Shown here one piece after another: positions 1-8,888 of a stretch of 64,000 bases of DNA. The notes below the pieces were generated by a model that saw nothing but the letters and a program-made list of their open reading frames with translations, did not search any database and was not told where the DNA came from. The first letter of the stretch is position 1. The number at the start of each line of letters is the position of its first letter. Position numbers and translations under genes: made by a program. Source of the DNA: a virus; IMG/VR virus record IMGVR_UViG_3300030329_003387, one strand, 5' to 3'.

Positions 1-579
1 ATCTTGAAGATGAAGACTGAAGGGTTCAACTTCCAACCAATGTTGGAGTTCTTAAACAACATGAATGAAAACCCTTCTGACCATGCTATTGTGGAGTTGT
101 TTGACTTCATGCAACATGAGCATCTACCTATCACTGATGATGGTCACTTCCTTGCGTACAAGGCTGTGGACAAAGACTTCAAAGATAAGTGGAGTGGAAC
201 CTTTGATAACTCAGTTGGTAACACAGTTGAAGTTGACCGAGGTAATGTTGATAGCAATCGTAACAACGGTTGTAGTAAAGGACTTCATGTAGGCTCTTTG
301 GATTATGTCAAAGACTATGGAAGTCAAGATGGTGGCGACCAGTTCTTAGTGGTCAAAGTCAATCCTATGGATGTTGTTAGCGTACCTCACGATTCACGAT
401 ACCAGAAGTTGCGTTGTTGCAAGTATGAGGTTGTGGCTCTGTTTACTGATCCACTCAAGGACTCCGTTCAGATGAGCGACAAGCCGCCTGTAGAGGTTGA
501 AGTGACTCATTACGACGAGGCATGGCGTGACAATGTTCGTGAGCGTATCGAGTCGCTCACGGCTCTGATGACCGCATAG
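1..579 (+). CDS. rIIB: rIIB-like protein, C-terminal part (5' end outside window)
   Basis: Motifs LPITDDGHFLAYKAV, CSKGLHVGSLDY and KVNPMDVVSVP..KLRCCKYEVV match T4-type rIIB proteins; the ORF is open to the window edge. Confidence 0.8.
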   Translation: MLKMKTEGFNFQPMLEFLNNMNENPSDHAIVELFDFMQHEHLPITDDGHFLAYKAVDKDFKDKWSGTFDNSVGNTVEVDRGNVDSNRNNGCSKGLHVGSLDYVKDYGSQDGGDQFLVVKVNPMDVVSVPHDSRYQKLRCCKYEVVALFTDPLKDSVQMSDKPPVEVEVTHYDEAWRDNVRERIESLTALMTA

Positions 580-603
580 TGTTTGTAGTGCATGTTGCAC
601 TAT

Positions 604-648
604 CGGAGCGGCAGGTTGCCCATACAGCCTGTCGTTCCGTTCTTTTAC
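604..648 (+). terminator. Intrinsic terminator
   Basis: CGGAGCGGCAGGTTG-cccata-CAGCCTGTCGTTCCG 15-bp stem with G-U pairs, followed by TTCTTTT. Confidence 0.75.
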
Positions 649-664
649 TCTAAGGAGAACAACA

Positions 665-1165
665 ATGACATTTGAAATGCTGTTTGCAGCACCAGAAAAT
701 ATTGGCTTTAATCCACCTGATGGCATTGAGTATTTAATGTTCGTAGCATTTTTCTTTTTCATCTTCTTTTGGGGGTTGTTAAAGGAGAGCGATTTACCCT
801 ACAGGTTTTTTGGTACTACCAGAAGTGAAGTACATCCATCACAAGAAACTGTGACATTACAGGTTATTGATGATGAAGGAAAGTCAGACTGGGAAGTTAT
901 CTGCGCTACAGCTATAGAACAAGCTAAAACCGGAGATCATAGAGCTAGGGAATGGCTTATTAAGAATGGCGTTAGTCTTGGCGGTAGTAATGCCACCACC
1001 ACTAAACAAGACCCACAGATCGTTAATGACGCTATAGACGCTCTAAAAACAGTAGGATACAAGGCTGGAGAAGCGCGAAAGATCATAGACTCTTTAATTA
1101 AAGATAGAGAGTATGATGACTTGCAGGAGTTAATAAAAGAGGCTTTAACCAAAAAAGGTGTATAA
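665..1165 (+). CDS. Membrane-anchored protein with C-terminal RuvA domain III-like segment
   Basis: N-terminal hydrophobic helix; C-terminal DAIDALKTVGYKAGEARKII...LQELIKEAL resembles RuvA_C; RBS AAGGAG. Confidence 0.55.
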   Translation: MTFEMLFAAPENIGFNPPDGIEYLMFVAFFFFIFFWGLLKESDLPYRFFGTTRSEVHPSQETVTLQVIDDEGKSDWEVICATAIEQAKTGDHRAREWLIKNGVSLGGSNATTTKQDPQIVNDAIDALKTVGYKAGEARKIIDSLIKDREYDDLQELIKEALTKKGV

Positions 1166-1166
1166 T
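1158..1166 (+). promoter_or_regulatory. GTGTATAAT promoter-like motif, copy 1
   Basis: Exact 9-mer recurring at gene junctions 1158, 9325, 12085 and 20022. Confidence 0.55.
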
Positions 1167-1169
1167 AAT

Positions 1170-1739
1170 ATGAATAGGTTAAAAGGAATGACCGCATATC
1201 TGTGCGGCGCTATGGACAGGGTAGAAGATGGTGGAGTTAAGTGGCGACAATATATGACCCCCAAACTCCAAGAGCTTGGGGTAGGAGTGTTAGACCCATG
1301 CGATAAACCAAGTGACTACGGAACTGAAGATCACGACACAAGAGATCATATAACCAGCTTAAAGAAGCGTGGAAAGTATGACGAAGTGTCTAAGATAATG
1401 AAACCTATTTGCGCTATTGATCTGAGAATGGTTGACATAGCTCATTTTATAGTAATGAGTTTAGATGTTGACTCCCACCTATGTGGTTCCTACCACGAAG
1501 CCTCAGTTGCTATAGCTCAGAAGAAGCCTGTTGTAATAATGTGCAAACAGGGGAAGGAAAATTTACCAAACTGGATGTTTGGTGTGGTTCCCCATGAAAT
1601 GGTATTTTCAAATTGGAGTGAACTATTGGAGTATCTACGTCACGTTGACGAAGATGATGATGCAAAACATATGAACCGCTGGCGGTTCTTTGACTTCGAT
1701 AAGGTTTACAATAATGATAGATTTTCAATTCAACCGTAG
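1170..1739 (+). CDS. Nucleoside 2-deoxyribosyltransferase-like / deoxynucleotide N-hydrolase-like protein
   Basis: YLCGAM, DP, DLRMVD.A and GSYHE motifs; start uncertain (1158/1170/1188). Confidence 0.65.
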   Translation: MNRLKGMTAYLCGAMDRVEDGGVKWRQYMTPKLQELGVGVLDPCDKPSDYGTEDHDTRDHITSLKKRGKYDEVSKIMKPICAIDLRMVDIAHFIVMSLDVDSHLCGSYHEASVAIAQKKPVVIMCKQGKENLPNWMFGVVPHEMVFSNWSELLEYLRHVDEDDDAKHMNRWRFFDFDKVYNNDRFSIQP

Positions 1740-2949
1740 AGACTTTATGAGAGTAGGCGGCATTAGTGCTGGACTAAGTGCCATTGGATTATCAGATATA
1801 AAAGCAGAAGATGCCCCTGTTTGTTTATCACCAAACGACAAATCAGTTATATGGGTTTGGCTAGGTGGTGGAGCAACACAAGTAGAAACATTCGACCCAA
1901 AGCCAGATGCTCCCGATAATGTTAGAGCAGTTAATGGCTGGATCAAAACAAATGCTGGTTATAGAATTGGTGCTGACTGGGAAAACTTAGCAACAGTTGG
2001 CGACAAGATGACCGTTGTTAGATCGTTTGCTCACGGTAACGCTAGTCATAGAACTGGTACTCATTGGGTAATGACTGGCTACAACAGTACAGATAATACT
2101 CCATTATCACCAGCTTACAATCCTTCATATGGTTCTATGGTAGCCAGTTCCTATGGGTCAAACAATCCAATCACTGGTATGCCAGCTTATGTAAGAGTCA
2201 ATAATATCACTTATGATGGTGGTGCTTGGCTTGGTTCTGACTATAAACCTTATGAAGCTACTGGCGAAGGTGTAAAAAATCTACAACTCAAAGTAGACGA
2301 AAAGCATTTTCTCGGTCGTCAGGATTTACTAACAGGTCTTGATAGATTGCGAGACAATACTAGCTTGCGCGATCAATCCTACAATATGCTTCTAGGCAAT
2401 ATTGCAGATGCTTTTGATGTTAAAAAAGAAGACCCAAAGAATTTAGAAGAGTATGGAAGTGGTATTGGAGAACAGCTACTTCTCGCTAGAAGGCTTGCCG
2501 AAAGAGGCACTAAATTCGTTACAATCCAATATGGCGGCTGGGATATGCACTCTAATATCTCTAATTCATTAAAGGGTAGAGTTCCACCAGTTGATAAGGC
2601 TCTTACTGCTCTAATTAAAGACATACACGATAAAGGTCTTAATAAAGATATTATGGTTGTTGTTACAGGTGAGTTTGGTCGCACATATAAAATAAATGGA
2701 AATGCTGGTCGTGACCATTGGCCTAGACTATCACCACTAATGATTTCTGGTGGAGATTTCCTTATGGGCTATGCTCTTGGCGAGTCTACTTCTAAAGCAG
2801 AAGAACCAAAGACAGACCCGCACAACCCACAGAACTTAACAGCAACATTACTTAAACACTTTGGTATTGACCAACACACGCAGAGATTAGACATGGCTGG
2901 AAGGCCACGTTATTTCTTAGACGTTGGTACTAAGTCTATATTGGTGTGA
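1714..2949 (+). CDS. DUF1501 family protein with Tat signal peptide
   Basis: NRRDFMRVG twin-arginine leader; WLGGGATQVETFDPKP, GGWDMH, GEFGRT, GRDHW motifs. Confidence 0.9.
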   Translation: MIDFQFNRRDFMRVGGISAGLSAIGLSDIKAEDAPVCLSPNDKSVIWVWLGGGATQVETFDPKPDAPDNVRAVNGWIKTNAGYRIGADWENLATVGDKMTVVRSFAHGNASHRTGTHWVMTGYNSTDNTPLSPAYNPSYGSMVASSYGSNNPITGMPAYVRVNNITYDGGAWLGSDYKPYEATGEGVKNLQLKVDEKHFLGRQDLLTGLDRLRDNTSLRDQSYNMLLGNIADAFDVKKEDPKNLEEYGSGIGEQLLLARRLAERGTKFVTIQYGGWDMHSNISNSLKGRVPPVDKALTALIKDIHDKGLNKDIMVVVTGEFGRTYKINGNAGRDHWPRLSPLMISGGDFLMGYALGESTSKAEEPKTDPHNPQNLTATLLKHFGIDQHTQRLDMAGRPRYFLDVGTKSILV

Positions 2950-2953
2950 TTTC

Positions 2954-3112
2954 ATGAAAGACAACAAAAAAACAATTAGCATGAAGATAGATGTAGGCAA
3001 GATACCTACAGGCCATCAAGCTAATACACATCAGATTCACGACAGTCGCCCAAAGAGGCGCAGAACACGACAAGCACAGCGTAGTGCTTGGAGAAGAGAA
3101 TACACTAATTGA
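2954..3112 (+). CDS. Small basic hypothetical protein
   Basis: Arg-rich C-terminus HDSRPKRRRTRQAQR; ATG 5 nt after the DUF1501 stop. Confidence 0.55.
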   Translation: MKDNKKTISMKIDVGKIPTGHQANTHQIHDSRPKRRRTRQAQRSAWRREYTN

Positions 3113-3230
3113 AATACTAGAAGCGTTCAGTCTTGTCCTGACTGAACTTGTCTGGTCAGTTGCTGAAATGGCTGTGAGTTAGTGATTTGAAGGAGGATTT
3201 GTCGCGCAGGATTTTTTCCAGAGGTGACAA

Positions 3231-3350
3231 ATGAAAAATTTTTGTTTAATAATTAGTTTTCTATGTTCCAATGCTTATTACATAAGTGGAACTATATTTT
3301 TTATATCGTTGATATATTTTCTAAAGACGTTTCCGCTGTTTAATTGGTAA
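3231..3350 (+). CDS. Small hydrophobic peptide (39 aa; not in ORF track)
   Basis: GAGGTG RBS, then MKNFCLIISFLCSNAYYISGTIFFISLIYFLKTFPLFNW. Confidence 0.35.
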   Translation: MKNFCLIISFLCSNAYYISGTIFFISLIYFLKTFPLFNW

Positions 3351-3365
3351 AGAAAGAGGTGAAGT

Positions 3366-3833
3366 ATGAAAAAGGTTTTAGGCTTTTTATTGGCAATACT
3401 AATGACATGTTCAGTTGCTAATGCTCAGGAGAAAAAAGTAATTAAACCTCCAACTACAGCGAGGCCGCAATCGCCTCAAGTACAAAGAGTTATTAATCCT
3501 TCAACCATCGCCAAACCTCCAACTACCACGAGATCGCAATTACCTCAAGGTTTTGGAAGACCCATACAAAGACCTATGGGGTTTGGCAAACAAGAGTGGC
3601 AACAACCACAACCACAACAGCAACAAGTCAGACCTAGCCACAACTACAGACATGGAAGCATAATAATTGGTAGACCATATATTCACCAATTTTATTACCC
3701 TTCCGTAGAGACTAGGTATCATCCAATACATGGATTTTACAGAGTGTATCATCCCCCTGTGATTATGCAACCACAACCTGTTCCGGTTTATCCAATGCCG
3801 TTTAGCGGGTTTTACTTTCAATTTAGGTTTTAA
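3366..3833 (+). CDS. Secreted Pro/Gln-rich low-complexity protein
   Basis: Signal peptide ending ANA-Q; KPPTT repeat; C-terminal SGFYFQFRF; GAGGTG RBS. Confidence 0.7.
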   Translation: MKKVLGFLLAILMTCSVANAQEKKVIKPPTTARPQSPQVQRVINPSTIAKPPTTTRSQLPQGFGRPIQRPMGFGKQEWQQPQPQQQQVRPSHNYRHGSIIIGRPYIHQFYYPSVETRYHPIHGFYRVYHPPVIMQPQPVPVYPMPFSGFYFQFRF

Positions 3834-3835
3834 TA

Positions 3836-4168
3836 ATGAAGAAACTAAACATGCTCTGCCTAGCAATAATGGCAATCACTATAGGATGTTTAGGATTGAT
3901 AAACTACAAACAGGAAAAAAGAATTACTCAACTTGAAGGTGAAATGTATCTCACTAACATATATCTTAATAACACATCAATTAAACTTGAAATGTTTTTA
4001 GATATGATAGAAGACGAGATGCACTCATCAATTAGGAGAATAGCAAGACCGATAGCAAGAGAAGAGGTTATAAAGGGCTTCCAAGAATTTGCTGAGAACT
4101 TCCGTAATGCAGAAGTTCAGAAAGGCTTGTCCAATGAAGAGTCTAATAGAGAAACTAAAGAGAATTGA
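3836..4168 (+). CDS. Hypothetical protein with N-terminal TM helix and coiled coil
   Basis: ORF track; hydrophobic N-terminus. Confidence 0.6.
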   Translation: MKKLNMLCLAIMAITIGCLGLINYKQEKRITQLEGEMYLTNIYLNNTSIKLEMFLDMIEDEMHSSIRRIARPIAREEVIKGFQEFAENFRNAEVQKGLSNEESNRETKEN

Positions 4169-4292
4169 TTTCACGTTATTAAACAGGTATATAATTCTCC
4201 TTATGATTGTTATAGTTCCGCTTACCATGTTTGCGTTGTGTTTGGGATTTCTACTAGAGATAATGACTACGGTTTCGGAAATTAAGAATTAA
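4134..4292 (+). CDS. Small membrane protein
   Basis: Long hydrophobic stretch; ATG 4134 overlaps the previous gene. Confidence 0.5.
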   Translation: MKSLIEKLKRIDFTLLNRYIILLMIVIVPLTMFALCLGFLLEIMTTVSEIKN

Positions 4293-4316
4293 AAAATGTG
4301 CATATAGCTACAACAG

Positions 4317-4357
4317 AATCCGCCGACTCATCGACTAGATGTCCGGCGGATTTTTTT
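4317..4357 (+). terminator. Intrinsic terminator
   Basis: AATCCGCCG...CGGCGGATT stem followed by a T run. Confidence 0.8.
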
Positions 4358-4365
4358 ATAAAAAA

Positions 4366-4476
4366 ATGTTTAAGATCTCATTTAAATCAAATTATTATGA
4401 TGCTCTAACTACTAATGGCTGGTATGATACTATAGTAGAAGATCCAAGCTGGATATTTTTTAGGGCAAGAAAATGA
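4366..4476 (+). CDS. Small hypothetical protein (36 aa; not in ORF track)
   Basis: MFKISFKSNYYDALTTNGWYDTIVEDPSWIFFRARK; its stop overlaps the kdsA start (ATGA). Confidence 0.35.
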   Translation: MFKISFKSNYYDALTTNGWYDTIVEDPSWIFFRARK

Positions 4477-5237
4477 TAGTAATAGCCGGACCTTGTGTAA
4501 TAGAAGGCGAAGAGGAAGTTTTATCTATAGCCAGAAAACTTTGCTCTACCGCTAGATTTTTAAAAGACAATGATATTGATTTTGTATTCAAAGCATCTTT
4601 TGATAAAGCAAATAGGTCGAGCATAAACTCCTATAGAGGTGTTAATATAGAGCAGGCGGTTGACATATTTAAGCAGATCCAGCTAATGGGGCTTAAAATA
4701 ACAACCGATATACACGAGCCTTGGCAAGCTGAAGTCATTTCAGAATGTGTTGATATAATACAAATACCAGCATTTCTTTCTAGACAAACAGATTTACTTG
4801 AAGCGGCAGCTAAGACAGGGAAGCCCGTAAATGTTAAAAAAGGACAGTTCATGGCTCCAGAGGATATGAACAACGTGATTTCAAAATTAAAGCATTTTGG
4901 CTGTTCACATCTTTATTTAACTGAAAGGGGAACCTTTTTTGGCTATGGTCATCTTGTCAATGATATGACATCCATAGTCAAAATGAAATCAACGGGCTTT
5001 CCTGTCATTTTTGATGCAACACATAGCGTACAAGAACCGGGAGGTCTTGGCGAAACTAGCGGCGGCAATAGAAGATTTGTAGTACCACTGGCTAAAGCGG
5101 CACTAGCGATTGGTGCTGATGGGTTATTTTTTGAAGTCCATCCAGACCCAGACAATGCTTTGAGCGATGGGCCAAACATGCTAAAACTAGACGAGTTCGA
5201 TGATGTGCTAAAAGGCTTGCTATCTATTCAAGACTAG
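4473..5237 (+). CDS. kdsA: KDO 8-phosphate synthase
   Basis: IAGPCVIE, FKASFDKANRSS, QIPAFLSRQTDL, NVKKGQF, FDATHSVQ, DGPN motifs. Confidence 0.95.
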   Translation: MIVIAGPCVIEGEEEVLSIARKLCSTARFLKDNDIDFVFKASFDKANRSSINSYRGVNIEQAVDIFKQIQLMGLKITTDIHEPWQAEVISECVDIIQIPAFLSRQTDLLEAAAKTGKPVNVKKGQFMAPEDMNNVISKLKHFGCSHLYLTERGTFFGYGHLVNDMTSIVKMKSTGFPVIFDATHSVQEPGGLGETSGGNRRFVVPLAKAALAIGADGLFFEVHPDPDNALSDGPNMLKLDEFDDVLKGLLSIQD

Positions 5238-5245
5238 AGTATTAT
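5217..5245 (+). promoter_or_regulatory. Sigma70-type promoter
   Basis: TTGCTA-17 nt-TATTAT upstream of ATG 5277. Confidence 0.5.
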
Positions 5246-5276
5246 ATACTGTAATACTTAGCAAATTGGAAATAGC

Positions 5277-6266
5277 ATGTTTCACCAAGAAGTAATAGAT
5301 TTTTGGAATAGCGTATTTCAGGAAAAGATACCTCCTGAAGATATAATAAATGTCAAGTCTTGGATGGGTCTTGGTGATTGCAATTATGAAATCGACCACG
5401 ATGACGACTCAATTCCAGAGTCAGGCATTGTCTATTGCAACATAGAACACATACACAAATTTTTTGAAAAATGCAAACAAACAGATAACAAGTATATTGT
5501 TATCAGCGGCTTCAGCGACTACGGAGTTGCCAAGCAGGAAGAACATCCTCCAGCATATGACTTTATAAAGTTTATGCCTTTTCTCTATGGAGAGATAGTG
5601 AAGTTAGGCTATGACCCTCTGTTCATTCCTCCGAGGTGCGAAATAGAACAATGCAATATAGAAGACGAATACTCTGTTAGGTGTTACTCTTACACCTATT
5701 CTACTTTTGACAAGATACCAGACAACGTAGTTAAATGGTACACAGTAAACTCAAGAATTGAAGACCCAAGAATAATTCACATACCTTTAGGAGTTGGTAA
5801 AGATGCAACAGATGATATAATTGCTACCAATAAACTATCTTTTTCAGATAGAATCAATCTTGCATATTTTAATTTCCAAGATCACACAACAGAAAGAGCA
5901 GAACTTAAGAGATACTTCTCGCAAAGGCAATTTCACTGGACTAGCGTTGTACAAAATCCCGAAAGATCCTATAGAGATTATCTAGATGACCTTTCCAAAC
6001 ACTTCTTTGCGGTGTCGCCAGAAGGAAATGGATGGGATTGTTACAGAAATTTAGAGGCTTTATATACTGGTTGCATACCTGTAGTCTCTTACGCTCCATC
6101 AGCAAATTACATGACAGAATTGCCAGTTGTAGTTCTTGGTGATATGTTTGACTTATCTGAAAACTTATTGTTAGAATTTATTTCTACAAAACAAAACTTT
6201 AACTTAGACAAAATAAAACTTTCCTATTGGAAAAATAGAATAGAAGAATCAAGAAATCTTTTATAA
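5277..6266 (+). CDS. Exostosin/GT47-like glycosyltransferase
   Basis: C-terminal FAVSPEGNGWDCYRNLEALYTGCIPVV. Confidence 0.7.
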   Translation: MFHQEVIDFWNSVFQEKIPPEDIINVKSWMGLGDCNYEIDHDDDSIPESGIVYCNIEHIHKFFEKCKQTDNKYIVISGFSDYGVAKQEEHPPAYDFIKFMPFLYGEIVKLGYDPLFIPPRCEIEQCNIEDEYSVRCYSYTYSTFDKIPDNVVKWYTVNSRIEDPRIIHIPLGVGKDATDDIIATNKLSFSDRINLAYFNFQDHTTERAELKRYFSQRQFHWTSVVQNPERSYRDYLDDLSKHFFAVSPEGNGWDCYRNLEALYTGCIPVVSYAPSANYMTELPVVVLGDMFDLSENLLLEFISTKQNFNLDKIKLSYWKNRIEESRNLL

Positions 6267-6278
6267 CGGAGAACAAAA

Positions 6279-7379
6279 GTGGCGTTCTTACAATCCACAC
6301 AAAAATTCAACATTACAGCGCCTATCAACCAACTGGGCTACGGCGTGACAGGTCTTAATATTGTCAAGTCTCTTTTAGAGAGTGGTCAGGATGTGTCTCT
6401 TTTTGTTTTAGGACAAATTCAAGCAGATCCAAATTTGCATGGCTTCCTCAAAGGTTGTTTTGAGTCGGCAAGATTTCCAGACTTTGATGCGCCTTCAATT
6501 AGGCTCTGGCATCAAAATGACATGGCGGAATTTGTTGGCGCTGGAGTCAGGGTTGGTTTCCCAATCTTTGAATTAAATAAGTTTACCGATCAAGAAAAAC
6601 ATCATCTTAAATTCCCAGATAAACTTTTTGTTTGTTCTCAGTGGGCAAAAGACGTAATTCTAGAACAGCTTTCTCCTGACGTAAAAGAAGATGAGGTTTA
6701 TGTTATACCTCTGGGTGTTGACAGAAGTATTTTTAGAGATTCTGTTTCAAGTAGGCCAACAACAACATTCCTAAATATTGGCAAGTGGGAGGTTAGAAAA
6801 GGTCATGACGTTTTAGTAGAAGCCTTTAACAGGGCTTTTACTGAAGAAGACAATGCTGAACTTTGGATGATGTGTGACAACCCGTTTTATACTGACGATC
6901 AAAACTTTGAATGGGAAAGGAAGTATAGAGGTTCGGCTTTGGGTGAAAAGATTAGAATTATACCAAGACAAGAATCTCAACAGGACGTTTATCAGGTCAT
7001 GAGCCAAGCAGACTGTGGTGTATTTCCCGCAAGGGCAGAAGGGTGGAATCTTGAAGCGTTAGAAATGTTAGCTTGCGGCAAGCAGGTGATTGCCACAAAC
7101 TATTCAGGTCACACTGAGTTTCTGAACGAAGAAAACTCACTACTTGTAGAAGTCTCTGAGTTAGAGGATGCTCAAGACGGCATTTGGTTCAAAGGTCAAG
7201 GTCAGTGGGCAAAGATTGGCGACGAGCAGATAGATCAAATTGCAGAGCATATGAAGTCTGTTCATAAGCTAAAACAAAGTGATGAACTAAATATAAATCA
7301 AGCTGGTATTGATACATCGAAAGAGTTCTCTTGGGATGCTACCGTGCAGAAAATAATGAAAGCCGTGTCAGATGAATAA
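6279..7379 (+). CDS. GT4 (GT-B) glycosyltransferase
   Basis: RKGHDVL and FPARAEGWNLEALEMLACG motifs. Confidence 0.9.
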   Translation: MAFLQSTQKFNITAPINQLGYGVTGLNIVKSLLESGQDVSLFVLGQIQADPNLHGFLKGCFESARFPDFDAPSIRLWHQNDMAEFVGAGVRVGFPIFELNKFTDQEKHHLKFPDKLFVCSQWAKDVILEQLSPDVKEDEVYVIPLGVDRSIFRDSVSSRPTTTFLNIGKWEVRKGHDVLVEAFNRAFTEEDNAELWMMCDNPFYTDDQNFEWERKYRGSALGEKIRIIPRQESQQDVYQVMSQADCGVFPARAEGWNLEALEMLACGKQVIATNYSGHTEFLNEENSLLVEVSELEDAQDGIWFKGQGQWAKIGDEQIDQIAEHMKSVHKLKQSDELNINQAGIDTSKEFSWDATVQKIMKAVSDE

Positions 7380-8049
7380 AGAACACCCCCTGCAAAAAGC
7401 CTCTAAAGCTAGAGCGCAGAGTATAAACTCCATAAAATATACCGACGAACCTTCCGACAGAATCAAGAAAGATATGGATGTTGAGCTTGATCTCATCACT
7501 GTTGATTGGGAAAACTTAATTCCACCTCCGCCAGCTAACGACAGTGACTCCACAAAAATAGATCTGCAAATCCTTGAGAGAAAGACAAAGAATCTAACGG
7601 AAGAAGAAAGAAATTTAGTTCTCTTAGTTGATGACGATGCCTTTCAGCTTTTCTCTGACTACTGCAAAAAGAATAATCTTTACTATCCAGAAGATCTCAT
7701 AAGAAAAGTTCAGAAACAAACAAATGCTGTAATCCTAAAACTAAAGTATAAGTTTGGTAGAGCTAGACCTTATCAATTAGCTCCTGAGCTTGGTTATGTT
7801 ATATCAACATTACAAACTGATACGCATCACACTCCTTCGTATCCTTCTGGACATCAACATAACGGCGCTATAACCGCTGAAATACTGTCAGATATTTACC
7901 CTGAACACAAAACTCAGTGGTATAAGCTTGCAGATATGTGTGGTGAAGCCAGAGTTTTACAAGGAGTTCACTATCCTAGCGATAACGAAGCATCCATGAT
8001 TGTTTGTAGGCTACTCTGGGAAAACATAAAGGAAAACCTTAAAGAATGA
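7372..8049 (+). CDS. PAP2-family acid phosphatase
   Basis: KYKFGRARP, PSYPSGH and RVLQGVHYPSD catalytic motifs. Confidence 0.9.
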   Translation: MNKEHPLQKASKARAQSINSIKYTDEPSDRIKKDMDVELDLITVDWENLIPPPPANDSDSTKIDLQILERKTKNLTEEERNLVLLVDDDAFQLFSDYCKKNNLYYPEDLIRKVQKQTNAVILKLKYKFGRARPYQLAPELGYVISTLQTDTHHTPSYPSGHQHNGAITAEILSDIYPEHKTQWYKLADMCGEARVLQGVHYPSDNEASMIVCRLLWENIKENLKE

Positions 8050-8888
8050 TAAATGCTCTCATTGTCTCAAAAGACAGAGCATGTCAACTAAGACTTCTTT
8101 TAGAAAGTATAAAGCTTAACGCTGATAATTTTTTTAACCAAATATTGATAATCTATAAAGGGTCTAATTTTCTATACGAAGAAGGTTACAGAAAATTACA
8201 ATCCGAACAAATATTGCCTAACTTAGCTTGGCAGCAAGAACAAGACTTTGTCTCAGACTTCAAAAACGCAATCAATGGATGTGGCAGTCATTTTATCTGT
8301 GGCATTGTTGACGATTGCGTGTTCTATAAAAGAATCCCAATCACTTGGCAAGACGTAGAAAGCACATTTGAAGACGATGTGTTTTGCTTTTCTTTTAGGC
8401 TCGGCCTGAACACAACACTCCAGTATTACATGAAGCCAGACGGAAGGTATCATCTGGAGGACTATGGGGAAAATGCCTACTTTGTCAAATGGAACTGGAA
8501 GAATTGGGATAGCACCCTGAACTATGGATACCCCATATCTCTTGATGGACATGTATTCAGAACAAAACAACTGGCTGAATTAACAAACAAATACCCCTTT
8601 GACTACCTTCGTCAATGGGAGGGCGTAATAGCTGGTAAAAGCAGGAAAGATGTGCCTGAAGAAAACATGGTAGCCTGCAAACAGAATTGCCTGTTTAGTA
8701 TAGCTACAAACTGTGTCCAAGACCCTCCTCTGGTCGCTGGTCTTATGTATCCGTACACAGAAGAATACTTAAACAATAAGTATCTTAACGACGAAGTAAT
8801 AGACTTAAATGGCTTAGAGTACGGTTTTCAAAATGTAAATTGGTGTCACACTGAAATGCCATTCAAATTTAGGAGTTTAAATGTTTAA
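8046..8888 (+). CDS. GT-A-like glycosyltransferase (paralog of 17464-18321)
   Basis: SKDRACQLRLLLES, VDD, FRLGLNT, PISLDGH. Confidence 0.55.
   Translation: MINALIVSKDRACQLRLLLESIKLNADNFFNQILIIYKGSNFLYEEGYRKLQSEQILPNLAWQQEQDFVSDFKNAINGCGSHFICGIVDDCVFYKRIPITWQDVESTFEDDVFCFSFRLGLNTTLQYYMKPDGRYHLEDYGENAYFVKWNWKNWDSTLNYGYPISLDGHVFRTKQLAELTNKYPFDYLRQWEGVIAGKSRKDVPEENMVACKQNCLFSIATNCVQDPPLVAGLMYPYTEEYLNNKYLNDEVIDLNGLEYGFQNVNWCHTEMPFKFRSLNV

Noticed and set aside
4298-4357. GTGCATATAG as a motif variant driving a small RNA ending at the terminator
   Set aside because: Poor match to GTGTATAAT; the hairpin is adequately explained as the upstream operon terminator
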